64,000 bases of DNA. Source: Methanobacteriota archaeon. GTDB lineage: Archaea; Thermoplasmatota; Thermoplasmata; SG8-5; JAGLSY01. The position numbers were made by a program, and so were the translations under genes. The notes beneath the pieces are model-generated. The model was given only the letters and a program-made list of their open reading frames with translations. It had not been told where the DNA came from and searched no databases. The stretch covers positions 640,001-704,000 of the forward strand of contig JAEHCQ010000001.1 of assembly GCA_020696385.1 (NCBI GenBank), given 5' to 3'. This document shows positions 9,232 through 19,700 of the stretch, piece by piece; the stretch's first letter is position 1, and the number at the start of each line of letters is the position of its first letter.

Positions 9232-12200
9232 TCATGTTGCATCAAGGTTCATCATAGCTTTACGGCACTTCTCCACCCATAATTTCATGTCCATTTCATC
9301 AAACATTGATAGAGCTTGCTCCACATACTCATGAGCCATATCGAGCTCACCTTTTATCATGTACAGTAAGGCATATTCATAGATGAGCTTAGCCAGCTCC
9401 CTTCTGTATCCTATCTCATCCATGATGTTCTTGGCTTTTTCAAATTCCTCTTCCGCCTTGCTGTAATTTCCCATATCCCTATGAGCCATACCTAGTATAC
9501 GACGGCTCTTACCCTCTTCACGTTGGGACATGGTCTCTATGGAGTTCGCAACAGCTTTCTCCGCATTTTCAAGAGAGTCTTGAGCCTTGCCAAGATCTAT
9601 GTATACTTCGGCAAGACCACAATATGGATATATGGATTCTATTTTATCACCTATTTCCAAAAATATCTTCAAACTACGCTCGTGGAATTCAAGAGCCTTG
9701 GCCAGATCACCCATTGAATGATGAACATTACCTAATCTGATAAGCACTCGGGCAACACCGTGTTTGTCCCCTATGCTTTCCCTTATTTCTAGACTTTGCT
9801 CATAAAGCTTCAGAGACTTGGCCAGATCACCCATTGAATGATGAACATTGCCGACATTGTTCAGGGACAGCGCGATGCCCCATTTATCACCTATTGATTC
9901 CATAATATCAAGGCCATTCTCATAAAATTCCAGTGCCTTTTGCAAATTTCCTGTGAAATTATGCACATTGCCAATATTGCTCAATGACAGTGCGGTGCCT
10001 TGTTTGTCCCCTATCCTCTCTTTTATCTCCAGGCTGCGCTCGTAGAACTCCAAAGACTTGGTCTGCTCCCCCATCTCGTAGTACACTAAGCCCATATTGT
10101 TCAGGGCAGCTGCAATGCCCTGTTTGCCCCCTATCTTTTCCATTATTTCAAGGCAGTTACCAAAATACTCCAATGCCTTGGCCATATTGCTCATAGCATG
10201 GTGCACGTTGCCGATATTGTTCAATGTGGACGCGATACCATGCTTGTCCCCTATTACTTCCATTATCTTCAGGCTTTTCTCATAAAATTCAAGACTATTA
10301 TCATAGTCACCTTTGTACCAGTGAATATTCCCCACAGCTCTGAGCGCATTGCCGACATCCTTCTGGTCTATGCCAGTGTTCTCCGATATCTTTATGGCCT
10401 CTAGAAGTTGAGGCATGGCCTTGTCAAAATCACCCTTTCTCAAATATGGATTGGCCTCATTCATCAATATCCTGGCATATTCCGCAGATCCCTCTTTCAC
10501 CACTTCTTTAGCCTTAGCCAGTATTTTCAAGGCTTCATCAAACTCACCTTTATTTACATAAACATCTCCGATCTTCCTCAATAACCTGGCCTTGACTCCA
10601 TCACTGTCAGTGGCCTCTAATGCGGTATTGAAAAGTTCTAATGATTTAGTATAATTACTGGTAATCGTACTAACACTTCCCATCCTTTCCAAAAGGTCCA
10701 ATCTTTTTCCTTGATGATCATCTATTGATCTTATTTTCAAGAGAGAAGCGAGTGAATCGTCATAAAAGCTAATCGCTTGCTCCAAAGCAAATATATTCTC
10801 TGCTTTCTCACCAGCTCTACAGCAGTACTCGAAACCTTTTTTATGTTCATTGGATCTGGAAAAATATTTGGCCAGATCATAAAGAACCTCTTCTGTCCTA
10901 TTCATATAGGCTATTTCATAATATTCCCCAATACTCTTGTTATAGGACGATTTCCACCTGTCACTGATATCCTTGTATATGATATCCTGGAAGATCGCAT
11001 GGCTGAATTCAGTGATATCATCATTTGAAATAATAATACCACTGTTTTGTAATTTTTTAAATGCCTGGGTAGGATCTTGAACTGCCTTGATAGACATCAT
11101 GATCCGGGTATTGAAGGCCCTTCCAATGCACGATGCATATTCTGCAAGGGCCATGGTCTCGGGGTCAAGATTCTCCAGTCTTCTTTGAATCACTTCATCC
11201 ACCGAGCCAGGTATGGAATAATCCTGGCTGATGATAATGGCACTTCCCCCATCAGTGGAGACATTTCCATCCAGTTTCATCTGTCGTAGAAGTTCTATCA
11301 CGAAGAATGGATTACCATCACAAGCACTGGAGAGGTGTTCTATGAATGATTCGGGAAATTGATGGCCTGGGTACATGGCTTCTACAAGAGATGACACATA
11401 CGTATTCTCGAGTTTGATTAAGGGCAAGAGCACGAAGCTTCCTTCCTTGCTCATGGCCTCCATAGTTGTTTGGAGGGCAATACCTTTTTCCGGTCTTAAG
11501 GTTCCCAGGATCATGATATTCTCGGTCATGATATTTCTAGATAGATAATTCAATACAAATAATGAGGATTCGTCTGCCCAGTGAAGGTCCTCCAGCAAGA
11601 GGATCAAAGGCCTTTCCCCAGATACCGACCTGAGAAGCTCCAATACTTCATCAGCTATCCTTATCCTCTCATTTTCCAACTTCACTCCTTCGAGATCTCT
11701 CCGTATTAGGAATTTGATATCGGCCAGTGATGATATCTTCTCCTGGATCTGAGATATTTTACCCATATTCCCGGACCAGGATTCAAGGATCTCCCCATAT
11801 TCTTCCTCTATTGAATTTACAGCAGCTTTGAGCATTATCTTCATGTCCGGGTGTTCATTACCCTTGAACATGGTAGTGAGATATAGATGGGGGCCATGTT
11901 CAATCATTATCTTCATATCACCATATTCCAATCGTCCCAATCCAGACTTTTGCTTACCCACGATACCGAATGAGTCTTTGATAAAATCCTGGACTGCTGA
12001 AAGCATACCTGCAAATATATCCGCATCGAGATCATTGTCAGTGGACGATGCCTGGGCAATAAGAATACCTGATCTATCTATGGCAAATATTGCGGCGAAT
12101 GAATTGTATTCTTGATCCCGAATAAGAGGATCTGCAATTTCATTTTCGAGGGCTTTGGAAAATGTTAGAAAAGGGTGTATGGTGTCGGAAGAACTGGACC

Positions 12201-12399
12201 CTGTCAATATCTTCACATCTTTGGCCTCAGCATGAAGTAGGAATTCATCAACAAGCCTGGTTTTACCAATTCCAGCCTCACCAGATATAAGAATTGTTGA
12301 CCCTTTTCCAAGGATCGCGTCCTCAAGATTTACTTTCAATAGATCTAATTCATCTTCCCTACCGATCAATTGGATTTGTTGTGGATGAAGAACTTCCAT
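9232..12399 (-). CDS. STAND-like (AAA_16) NTPase with longin-like insert and long TPR array (paralog of 3842..6769)
   Basis: LIGREDEL, GEAGIGKT, LLLLEDLHWADESS, GNPFF, DADIFAGMLSAVQDFIKDSF and regular 40-aa repeats (GDKxGIAxxLNNIGNV). Confidence 0.88.
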   Translation of the reverse strand: MEVLHPQQIQLIGREDELDLLKVNLEDAILGKGSTILISGEAGIGKTRLVDEFLLHAEAKDVKILTGSSSSDTIHPFLTFSKALENEIADPLIRDQEYNSFAAIFAIDRSGILIAQASSTDNDLDADIFAGMLSAVQDFIKDSFGIVGKQKSGLGRLEYGDMKIMIEHGPHLYLTTMFKGNEHPDMKIMLKAAVNSIEEEYGEILESWSGNMGKISQIQEKISSLADIKFLIRRDLEGVKLENERIRIADEVLELLRSVSGERPLILLLEDLHWADESSLFVLNYLSRNIMTENIMILGTLRPEKGIALQTTMEAMSKEGSFVLLPLIKLENTYVSSLVEAMYPGHQFPESFIEHLSSACDGNPFFVIELLRQMKLDGNVSTDGGSAIIISQDYSIPGSVDEVIQRRLENLDPETMALAEYASCIGRAFNTRIMMSIKAVQDPTQAFKKLQNSGIIISNDDITEFSHAIFQDIIYKDISDRWKSSYNKSIGEYYEIAYMNRTEEVLYDLAKYFSRSNEHKKGFEYCCRAGEKAENIFALEQAISFYDDSLASLLKIRSIDDHQGKRLDLLERMGSVSTITSNYTKSLELFNTALEATDSDGVKARLLRKIGDVYVNKGEFDEALKILAKAKEVVKEGSAEYARILMNEANPYLRKGDFDKAMPQLLEAIKISENTGIDQKDVGNALRAVGNIHWYKGDYDNSLEFYEKSLKIMEVIGDKHGIASTLNNIGNVHHAMSNMAKALEYFGNCLEIMEKIGGKQGIAAALNNMGLVYYEMGEQTKSLEFYERSLEIKERIGDKQGTALSLSNIGNVHNFTGNLQKALEFYENGLDIMESIGDKWGIALSLNNVGNVHHSMGDLAKSLKLYEQSLEIRESIGDKHGVARVLIRLGNVHHSMGDLAKALEFHERSLKIFLEIGDKIESIYPYCGLAEVYIDLGKAQDSLENAEKAVANSIETMSQREEGKSRRILGMAHRDMGNYSKAEEEFEKAKNIMDEIGYRRELAKLIYEYALLYMIKGELDMAHEYVEQALSMFDEMDMKLWVEKCRKAMMNLDAT

Positions 12400-12492
12400 T
12401 GCACATGTGATATGATCGAAGAAGTAAAAGGGTTTCTAAAAAAGAATTAGGGTCAGTATTTCATTGTGATCTAGACTGATTATCATCTCCCT

Positions 12493-12687
12493 TCACAACT
12501 TCCAGGCTTCAGCGAACTTCTCAAATGATCTGTCATAGGTCTTTTCAGCATCATTCGGAAAGCAGCAAGCTGGCAACTGCCTCATCTTCAGATGGTATGG
12601 TAGGCACTCACAACACATGCCTTTACGGCTGCAGCCAGGGTATGAGCAATTGCAATTCTCTAAGTTAATTTCTTTTTTACATTCCAT
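12493..12687 (-). CDS. Small Cys-rich protein (DUF6485-like)
   Basis: 64 aa with CNCSYPGCSRKGMCCECLPYH...LPACCF...YDRSFEKF, which matches the DUF6485 pattern as I recall it. Confidence 0.75.
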   Translation of the reverse strand: MECKKEINLENCNCSYPGCSRKGMCCECLPYHLKMRQLPACCFPNDAEKTYDRSFEKFAEAWKL

Positions 12688-12797
12688 GATATGATAATAA
12701 ATAACTGGCTATATTAACTTACGCTTGGGAGGATGATGTATATGGATCATAGCACGGATGTTCAAACTTATATATGCCAAAATCAATACCATACTTG

Positions 12798-13193
12798 ATG
12801 TACAGGATACCAAAGAGTGGCCAGGTCATTGTCGCCATAAGGGATGTGATGGCCAGGTACAAGGTGGTCAATTCACAGAAAAAGCTTAAGGAATTAGTAG
12901 AGAGAGAATTGAACCAGAACAATGAGAACTTCAAGGTCGGAGGAGCTAGAATGAGGTTACTGGCCATCAATACAGGCATTGCTCATGTGGAAGTACATTG
13001 TAAGGAAACGGAGCAGGAGAAAGAGCCTCTGTCCAGCTGCCCCGTGTGTGGTTCCAAACTGAAGAAATCAAAGAACCAGACAGTCTTCGGTGGAACAGTG
13101 ACGCTGGGTCATACCTGCCCAACCTGCACATACTGGACGGGGATGAAAAGGCGGGTGCCGACCCGTTATGTTTTCAATATCAAGAGGAGGTAG
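12798..13193 (+). CDS. Basic hypothetical protein with zinc ribbon
   Basis: CPVC...CPTC pairs, Lys/Arg rich. A TATA-like TTATATA near 12768 suggests a leaderless start at 12798. Confidence 0.65.
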   Translation: MYRIPKSGQVIVAIRDVMARYKVVNSQKKLKELVERELNQNNENFKVGGARMRLLAINTGIAHVEVHCKETEQEKEPLSSCPVCGSKLKKSKNQTVFGGTVTLGHTCPTCTYWTGMKRRVPTRYVFNIKRR

Positions 13194-13199
13194 AGAAAT

Positions 13200-13619
13200 A
13201 TGCATGGAAAAATAGAGGATAAATTCATCGCATTGAAGCTGGACGATGGAGAAGAATTGTTCGAATGCTTGGAGAAAGCCATTACCGAATATGACATAAA
13301 ATCGGGAATGATAGTTTCTGGGATCGGTATGCTGGCTGACTTCGAGATTGGCTTCTTCAAAGATGGTGGTTATGATTGGGCGGTTTATGATCGGCCTCAC
13401 GAATTGGTGGCCATGCATGGCAGTATCTCGACCAAGGATGAGATCATGATCCATCTCCATGTTGGACTTGCAGGTTCGGATCACAAATTATTGGGAGGGC
13501 ATCTGAAAAGAGCGAAAGTATGTGTTCTCAATGAGATCCTGATACTGAAATTCGATGATGTGGAATTCAGCAGAGTGTTCAATCCCCGATCGGAGCTCAA
13601 AGAGCTTGAGATCAGCTAA
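13200..13619 (+). CDS. PPC/DUF296 domain protein
   Basis: LKLDDGEEL, SGIG, HLHVGL and GGHL motifs. Confidence 0.85.
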   Translation: MHGKIEDKFIALKLDDGEELFECLEKAITEYDIKSGMIVSGIGMLADFEIGFFKDGGYDWAVYDRPHELVAMHGSISTKDEIMIHLHVGLAGSDHKLLGGHLKRAKVCVLNEILILKFDDVEFSRVFNPRSELKELEIS

Positions 13620-13742
13620 TTATCAATAGGCAAAATATATAAATACCAAAAGTAGAGCCATTAACTATAGTTTATAACTATTTATTTATATAGCTATACT
13701 ATCCGAGTGTTATAGAGAGAGTATCAGTTAAAACAGGAGAGT

Positions 13743-16700
13743 TTGACTATGATAAGGAAGGTATACGCAATATTGATATCGCTAGCAATGGTGAGTGTAG
13801 TGTTCATGAACATGGTGGTTCTAGGAGCCACAGTACCTCCACCGCCAGATGATATTACAAATGGAGATCAGTTCATCGAGGGTGATTGGGTTGTCACTAC
13901 ACCTGATGACTATTTTGAGAATGAGAATATATATTTGACAGGGAACCTGACAATACCAGCAGGCGAAACCCTGACACTCGTCAATACGACGATATTGATG
14001 AACTGCTCATTCATAGGCCAGTTCCACATAGAGGTTCAAGATGGAGGGACACTCATTATGCAGGATGGGGGAGATGGCTTCATGCCCACAGATATAATGG
14101 ATTCCGATGCCTCACAGCTTACTGTAAATAATACGAACTTCAATGCGTACTTCTGGATTAGACAGAATGCGGTTGTTGACATCCAGAACAGTATTGTCGA
14201 CAATATGGGAGACATTAGCACTCTCAATGGGGAAATGATCGGTGCAAATAATGCTGAGCCAGACTTCGCAATCTGGGCTACGATCACAGATGGAACATTC
14301 GGTGTCTCCATTGATGGTAACTATGCGGATATCGGACCTATTGATTTCACTGGTGTTACCAGCATGAACGATGTCAGATCCCGAATACAGACAGCTATCC
14401 AGGCGATTGGCACTGGCGGTTTTACAAATGCTCAGTGTAATTGGGATGGGAATTCATTCGCAATAACATCCGGAACCGACATTTCATTGAATATCATGGA
14501 ATCATCCGTCAGTGCTCTGGTCACCAACAGCGGTGCCAATGGTACGGACATATCCGGCATCATACCATCATCATACTCTGCAATATTAACTGGTGGCCTG
14601 GCAGTGGATTCCAATCCAGCAAACTGGGCTCCCATTGTCGATGGTAATTTCACAATCACCATAGACGGGGATGCACAGAACATAGGGCCTATTGATTTCA
14701 CCGGAGTTGCAACAATGCTCGATGTGGCCAACCGTATTCAAACAGGATTACAGACAATTGGTACTGGGGGATATATTGGAGCCACTTGTGTTTGGACAGG
14801 TGTGAATTTCATAATCACCTCTGGAAACATCGACCCAGCTCCTACCATAACCGTTCTTGGAACTCCTGGCTTGGGAACTGATCTTTCAGTGCTTACTGAT
14901 TGCGGGGCAAGTGGAATAGTCACAACACCACCAGTTTACTGGTGGATGGACTCCGCAGCTAATGGGATGGAGCTCCCGGTTTTCGAGAGCAACACCGGAA
15001 TTTACATTCAATCAGACAGTGTGGTCATAGAGAACTCAATGATATTTGATAACTACAATGGCCTGATATTCGACAGCTGCTTCCCAGCTTCTCTGGCTTC
15101 CACCATGATTGCTGGCAATGATGGATTCGGTATTGGGATTGGCAATATGACCAATCCTGCCTATGTTGTGAATGGAATTATCAATGATGTTATGTTGTTC
15201 AGCAACACTGGCTCTGGAATCGAGATAGCGGTTCAGGATGTCGTAATAGAGATGTACAATATACATGCTGATGACAACAACCATGGTGTGGAGATAATTT
15301 CCTCCAACACCATCGATGCCACAGTGTATGACTCGATCTTGGAGAACAGTGGCTTCGTAGGCCTTTATCTGAATGCCATGGACACCATGGTGTGCGACAT
15401 AGACAATGTCAACACATCATTCGGAGGTCATGGTATGTACCTTTACGCAGAGAACGCCCTGAATGCCATGATAAGTGATTCCGACATTTGGGGGAACAAT
15501 GCAGACCTATGCGCGTGGCCTGGACCTGCGCCTGCTGCGGCCATGTATCTTGATACTAATAATGGAGAACTTACAGCCATCGTGGAGAGAAACACCATAG
15601 TTGAGAACTGGGGTGTTCAAGATGGAGGCGTTGTGGCCATTGGTATTGATGGGCCTTGGGGTTCACCATCCTCATCCAACACTACATTGACCTTCACTGA
15701 CAATGTCCTTATCGGGAATGGGGATAAATCCACTGGATCGATGATCAACAATTTCGGAGCACAGAACATATTGGATATCGATATGACAGGCAATTATTTC
15801 AGTGGCTCGGATAACTTCAACTGGGCCGAGAACCTGTACATGTATTCCAATGGTAATCTGGAATTGAACTTCGTTGACAATGTAATGGATTGCAATGGGG
15901 ATAAAAACTGGATGGTCCTATGGTATCTGTTATACATCTATGCTGATGATTTTATGAATGTGACCATGAATGATAACTCCTTTGATATCAACCATAGACA
16001 CGTGGACGGGGCTTCTTTCAATGTAGAAGCTGGAGAAACAATGAACTTTGACTTCGTAAACAACATTGTTTATGATGAGTCGGATAGTTCCAACAATAAT
16101 GATGGGGTATTCTACTTTGAGTCAAATAATGGTGATGTTAACCTCAATTTCCAGGAGAGTACTATATATTGTGATATCGATGGGAGCTATATGGATGCAA
16201 TAGTTTATGGTTATGCTGGTGGAGATATGAGTGCATCTTTCATTGATTGCACAATTGGAGGAGAATTTGATTCATTATATCATATATTCTGGTTCAGTGG
16301 GAATGAAAATGCAAGCATAACCTTTGAGAATATCATGGTGGACGTTGATTGCAACGAAGTTCACGAGGGATTGTATATAACTGCGAATGATGTCTTGGAT
16401 GTTACTATAACTGATTGCTTCATCTACATATACAGTGATTCTCTTAAAGAGGCATTCTACTTTGAAAATGCAGACACCATCAATGCCAACTTCATAAGGA
16501 ATGCCATATCATTTACAAATGAACCTGATATGTGGGATTCATTCTATATCAGGAATTGTGAGGATATCAATGTGATCATCATGGATAATTATATTGAGTT
16601 CGATGTGGGTTCATTTCCATACTCATATGAGGGATCTGCCTTCCACTTCGAATGCTCCAACAATCTCACTGCCATAATAAAAAATAATTATCTACCGATA

Positions 16701-19700
16701 GTTGCAGATGAATATCACAGGCGAACATTTGAGTTATACTCTGATGGGAATATCACCGCGACCATAGAGAACAATATCATCATCATCGGAAGTGACAATT
16801 ATTGTAGAGATAATGACAGGTGGGTGTTCTATGTAACGGCCAATGAAAATATTACCCTGGATCTGATCAATAATAATATCACGATCACCGATGCCTGGGT
16901 ATATACTTCATTTTTCTACATTGAGTCATTCGACCAAAACATGGATCTTGGATTTGAGGGTAATGATATCTACATCACTGGAGACCTGATGGATAATTAC
17001 CATGTGGATGATTTCACACAGGATTGGAAACCCGTCTTCGAGATCTATGCCTATAATGGAGATATGGATTTCACCTTTATAGACAATGTTGTTGATATTA
17101 CCTTACACGGAGCGCATTTGTTCGATGTGGAATCTGATAATATGACTTTGACATTTGATAACAATGACATCAATATCCAAAGGTACATGTTCGATGGATT
17201 TGAATTCTTTGCCGATAACAATATGACCGCATCTTTTAGTCAAAACACAATAATCATGACAGATACTATGACCACCACGTACTTATACGAAAATAAAAAG
17301 GACTTCATAGAATTTGATGCAGACAATGGTGACATGACTTTAGATATATCTGGAAACAATATCATAACATATGGGGTCGGTTACTGTATTGATCGAATAT
17401 TCAACATCGATGCGAGTATAGATATAGATATCACGATTGCGGATAATTACATTCAATCAAAAGTGATTGAGCTCAGAGAAGTGTTTGATGTATATGCAAG
17501 TAATGGTGATCTTACCGCGAATATAACTGGGAATGATATTGAAATCGTATCTCTGGGTAGCGACTTCCCAGAATTATATTCCGTATTTAATCTTGAAAGT
17601 AATGACAATGCCGATGTGTTCTTCTCAATGAACAGGTATTATGGAGATGGTCGAATCGGCCCAGACGGATTACTTGGTGTCGATGCCGATACTGGAGATG
17701 TTATTGTATCAGATAATGAGTTCATTGTGGAAAATATAATGGACGATGACGGGTGCTCCTTTGTGAACCTAGATATCGGAAATTTCCTCAATACCACAAT
17801 AGCCAACAATTATTTCGAGTACTCGGAGATGATAGCATCCTTGGACATTGATATTGGAACCTTGATATCCATTGGTAATGAATGGGGCGTACCAGGAAAT
17901 ATCAGTGCTGATCTTCTGGACAATACAATATTGATCAATATTCAGGGCGGAGGCGGACCAACTGGTGGTGGAATAATCAGCATACTTGGTAATGGTGACA
18001 TATATACGGATATCATTGGCAATGACATCAGATACAACCACATTGCCATCTTCTCAAATAGTGCAAACCTTGAAGGAGCCATCACCATCGGTGCTACTGG
18101 CGGATCTGCTTATGCTGATAACATCTATGCCAAAATATCAGACAATACGATAATCGCGGATTTCGATAAAGATGCAGATGCTGGAGGCGGTATCAAGGTG
18201 GTTTCTCAGAATAATATAACTCTTGAGATGAACAACAATATCGTCCAGGGATTATGGGATGAGGTTTACAATGAGGATGATAGGTATGATTTCAGTGTCA
18301 GGATCGGGGAATGGTGCAGTGGTGCCTCTCTGACCCAAAATGTGTTCGCGACCATGAGGGATAACATTTTCGGACCTGGTGGAAAGGCAAGTGCCTTGAA
18401 GATCAATGCCCAGAACATCCTAGAACTTGATATGATTGGTGGCTCAGTGGTAGGAGCCCTATACGGTAACTGGTGCTCAGGCGGGGATGAGATGAACGGA
18501 AACGGGATCACTCTTCTGGCCAACACCATGGATGTTGACATCTCGGGTGTCGATGTCTACGACAACCGCGGAGCTGGAATTTACATCGAGGCTCTGATGG
18601 GCGGGGATGTTGATATCTCTGATTGTGACATCTATAGCAATTACTGGCATGGTATATACCTGGTCAGCCAGAACGGGGTATTGGATGCCACTGGTTCCAT
18701 AGAGAATGTACAGGTTTACGACAATGGTGGTAATTGGAATGGTGACCTTCCAAGTATTGGTAGTGGACTGTTCACGATGAATACGATCATCGACCTGGAG
18801 AGTAGCTTCTTCGACAACCCCGATGCGGAATTCGATCTGGAATTGATCGCTTGCTCCAATGTAACAGCCTTGGACACAATATTTAACAAGAATAAGGTTA
18901 GTGTTGAGGGCAGCGCAGCAAACCTGACCGGAGATATGGCCGAAGGATTCCAGCCTGCCTGGCAGGGTGTGGCTAACGGCTCTTTCAGGATAGGTATCGA
19001 TGGTGTCTTCGCAGATGTCGATGGCCTTGACTTCTCTGGAATAGCAACAATGGATGATGTGGCCAATATCATTGAGAATGGATTGCAAGCTGTAGGAAGC
19101 GGTGGATTCACCAATGCTACCTGTGTTTGGGATGGAATGAGCTTTGTCATAACATCTGGAACCGTAGGAAGACCTTCCACCATCACAGCAGTAACTTCAC
19201 ACAGTGGAGCCATTGGAACGGATATATCTGGTAATGTGGAATCATCGTATTCGGCAACATTGACTGGTGGGCCAGCGGCTGACGGTGATGTACTCAACTG
19301 GAACTCCACGAATGATGGGAGTTTCACCATTTCGATGGACGGTTCACTTTGGAACCTCGCAGGTATTGATTTCACCACAGCCACCACGATGGACGATGTG
19401 GCAACAATAATCCAAACCGCATTGCAGGCAGTGCCATTGACTGGTTTCATTGCTGCAACATGTACATGGAATGGAACTGCCTTTACTATCATGTCCGGAA
19501 CCCAGCGCCCGACCACGAGCATAACGAATGTGACTGCTGGTACTTCAGGAACTGATGTATCGGGATTGATGGATTGCGGTGACAACGGTGTCATCACTAT
19601 CACTCCGATCATCTACTGGATGGCATGCGTTACTGGTGTTACCATCGTGCCCGGAAATTCCTCGGCTCTCACTGTGCAGTGGTATATGCATGTCAAGGCC

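Noticed and set aside
9690-10260. Near-identical nucleotide repeats at 120-bp spacing (possible DGR template/variable repeat)
   Set aside because: They correspond to the 40-aa TPR units. There is no reverse transcriptase and no adenine-specific mismatch pattern.
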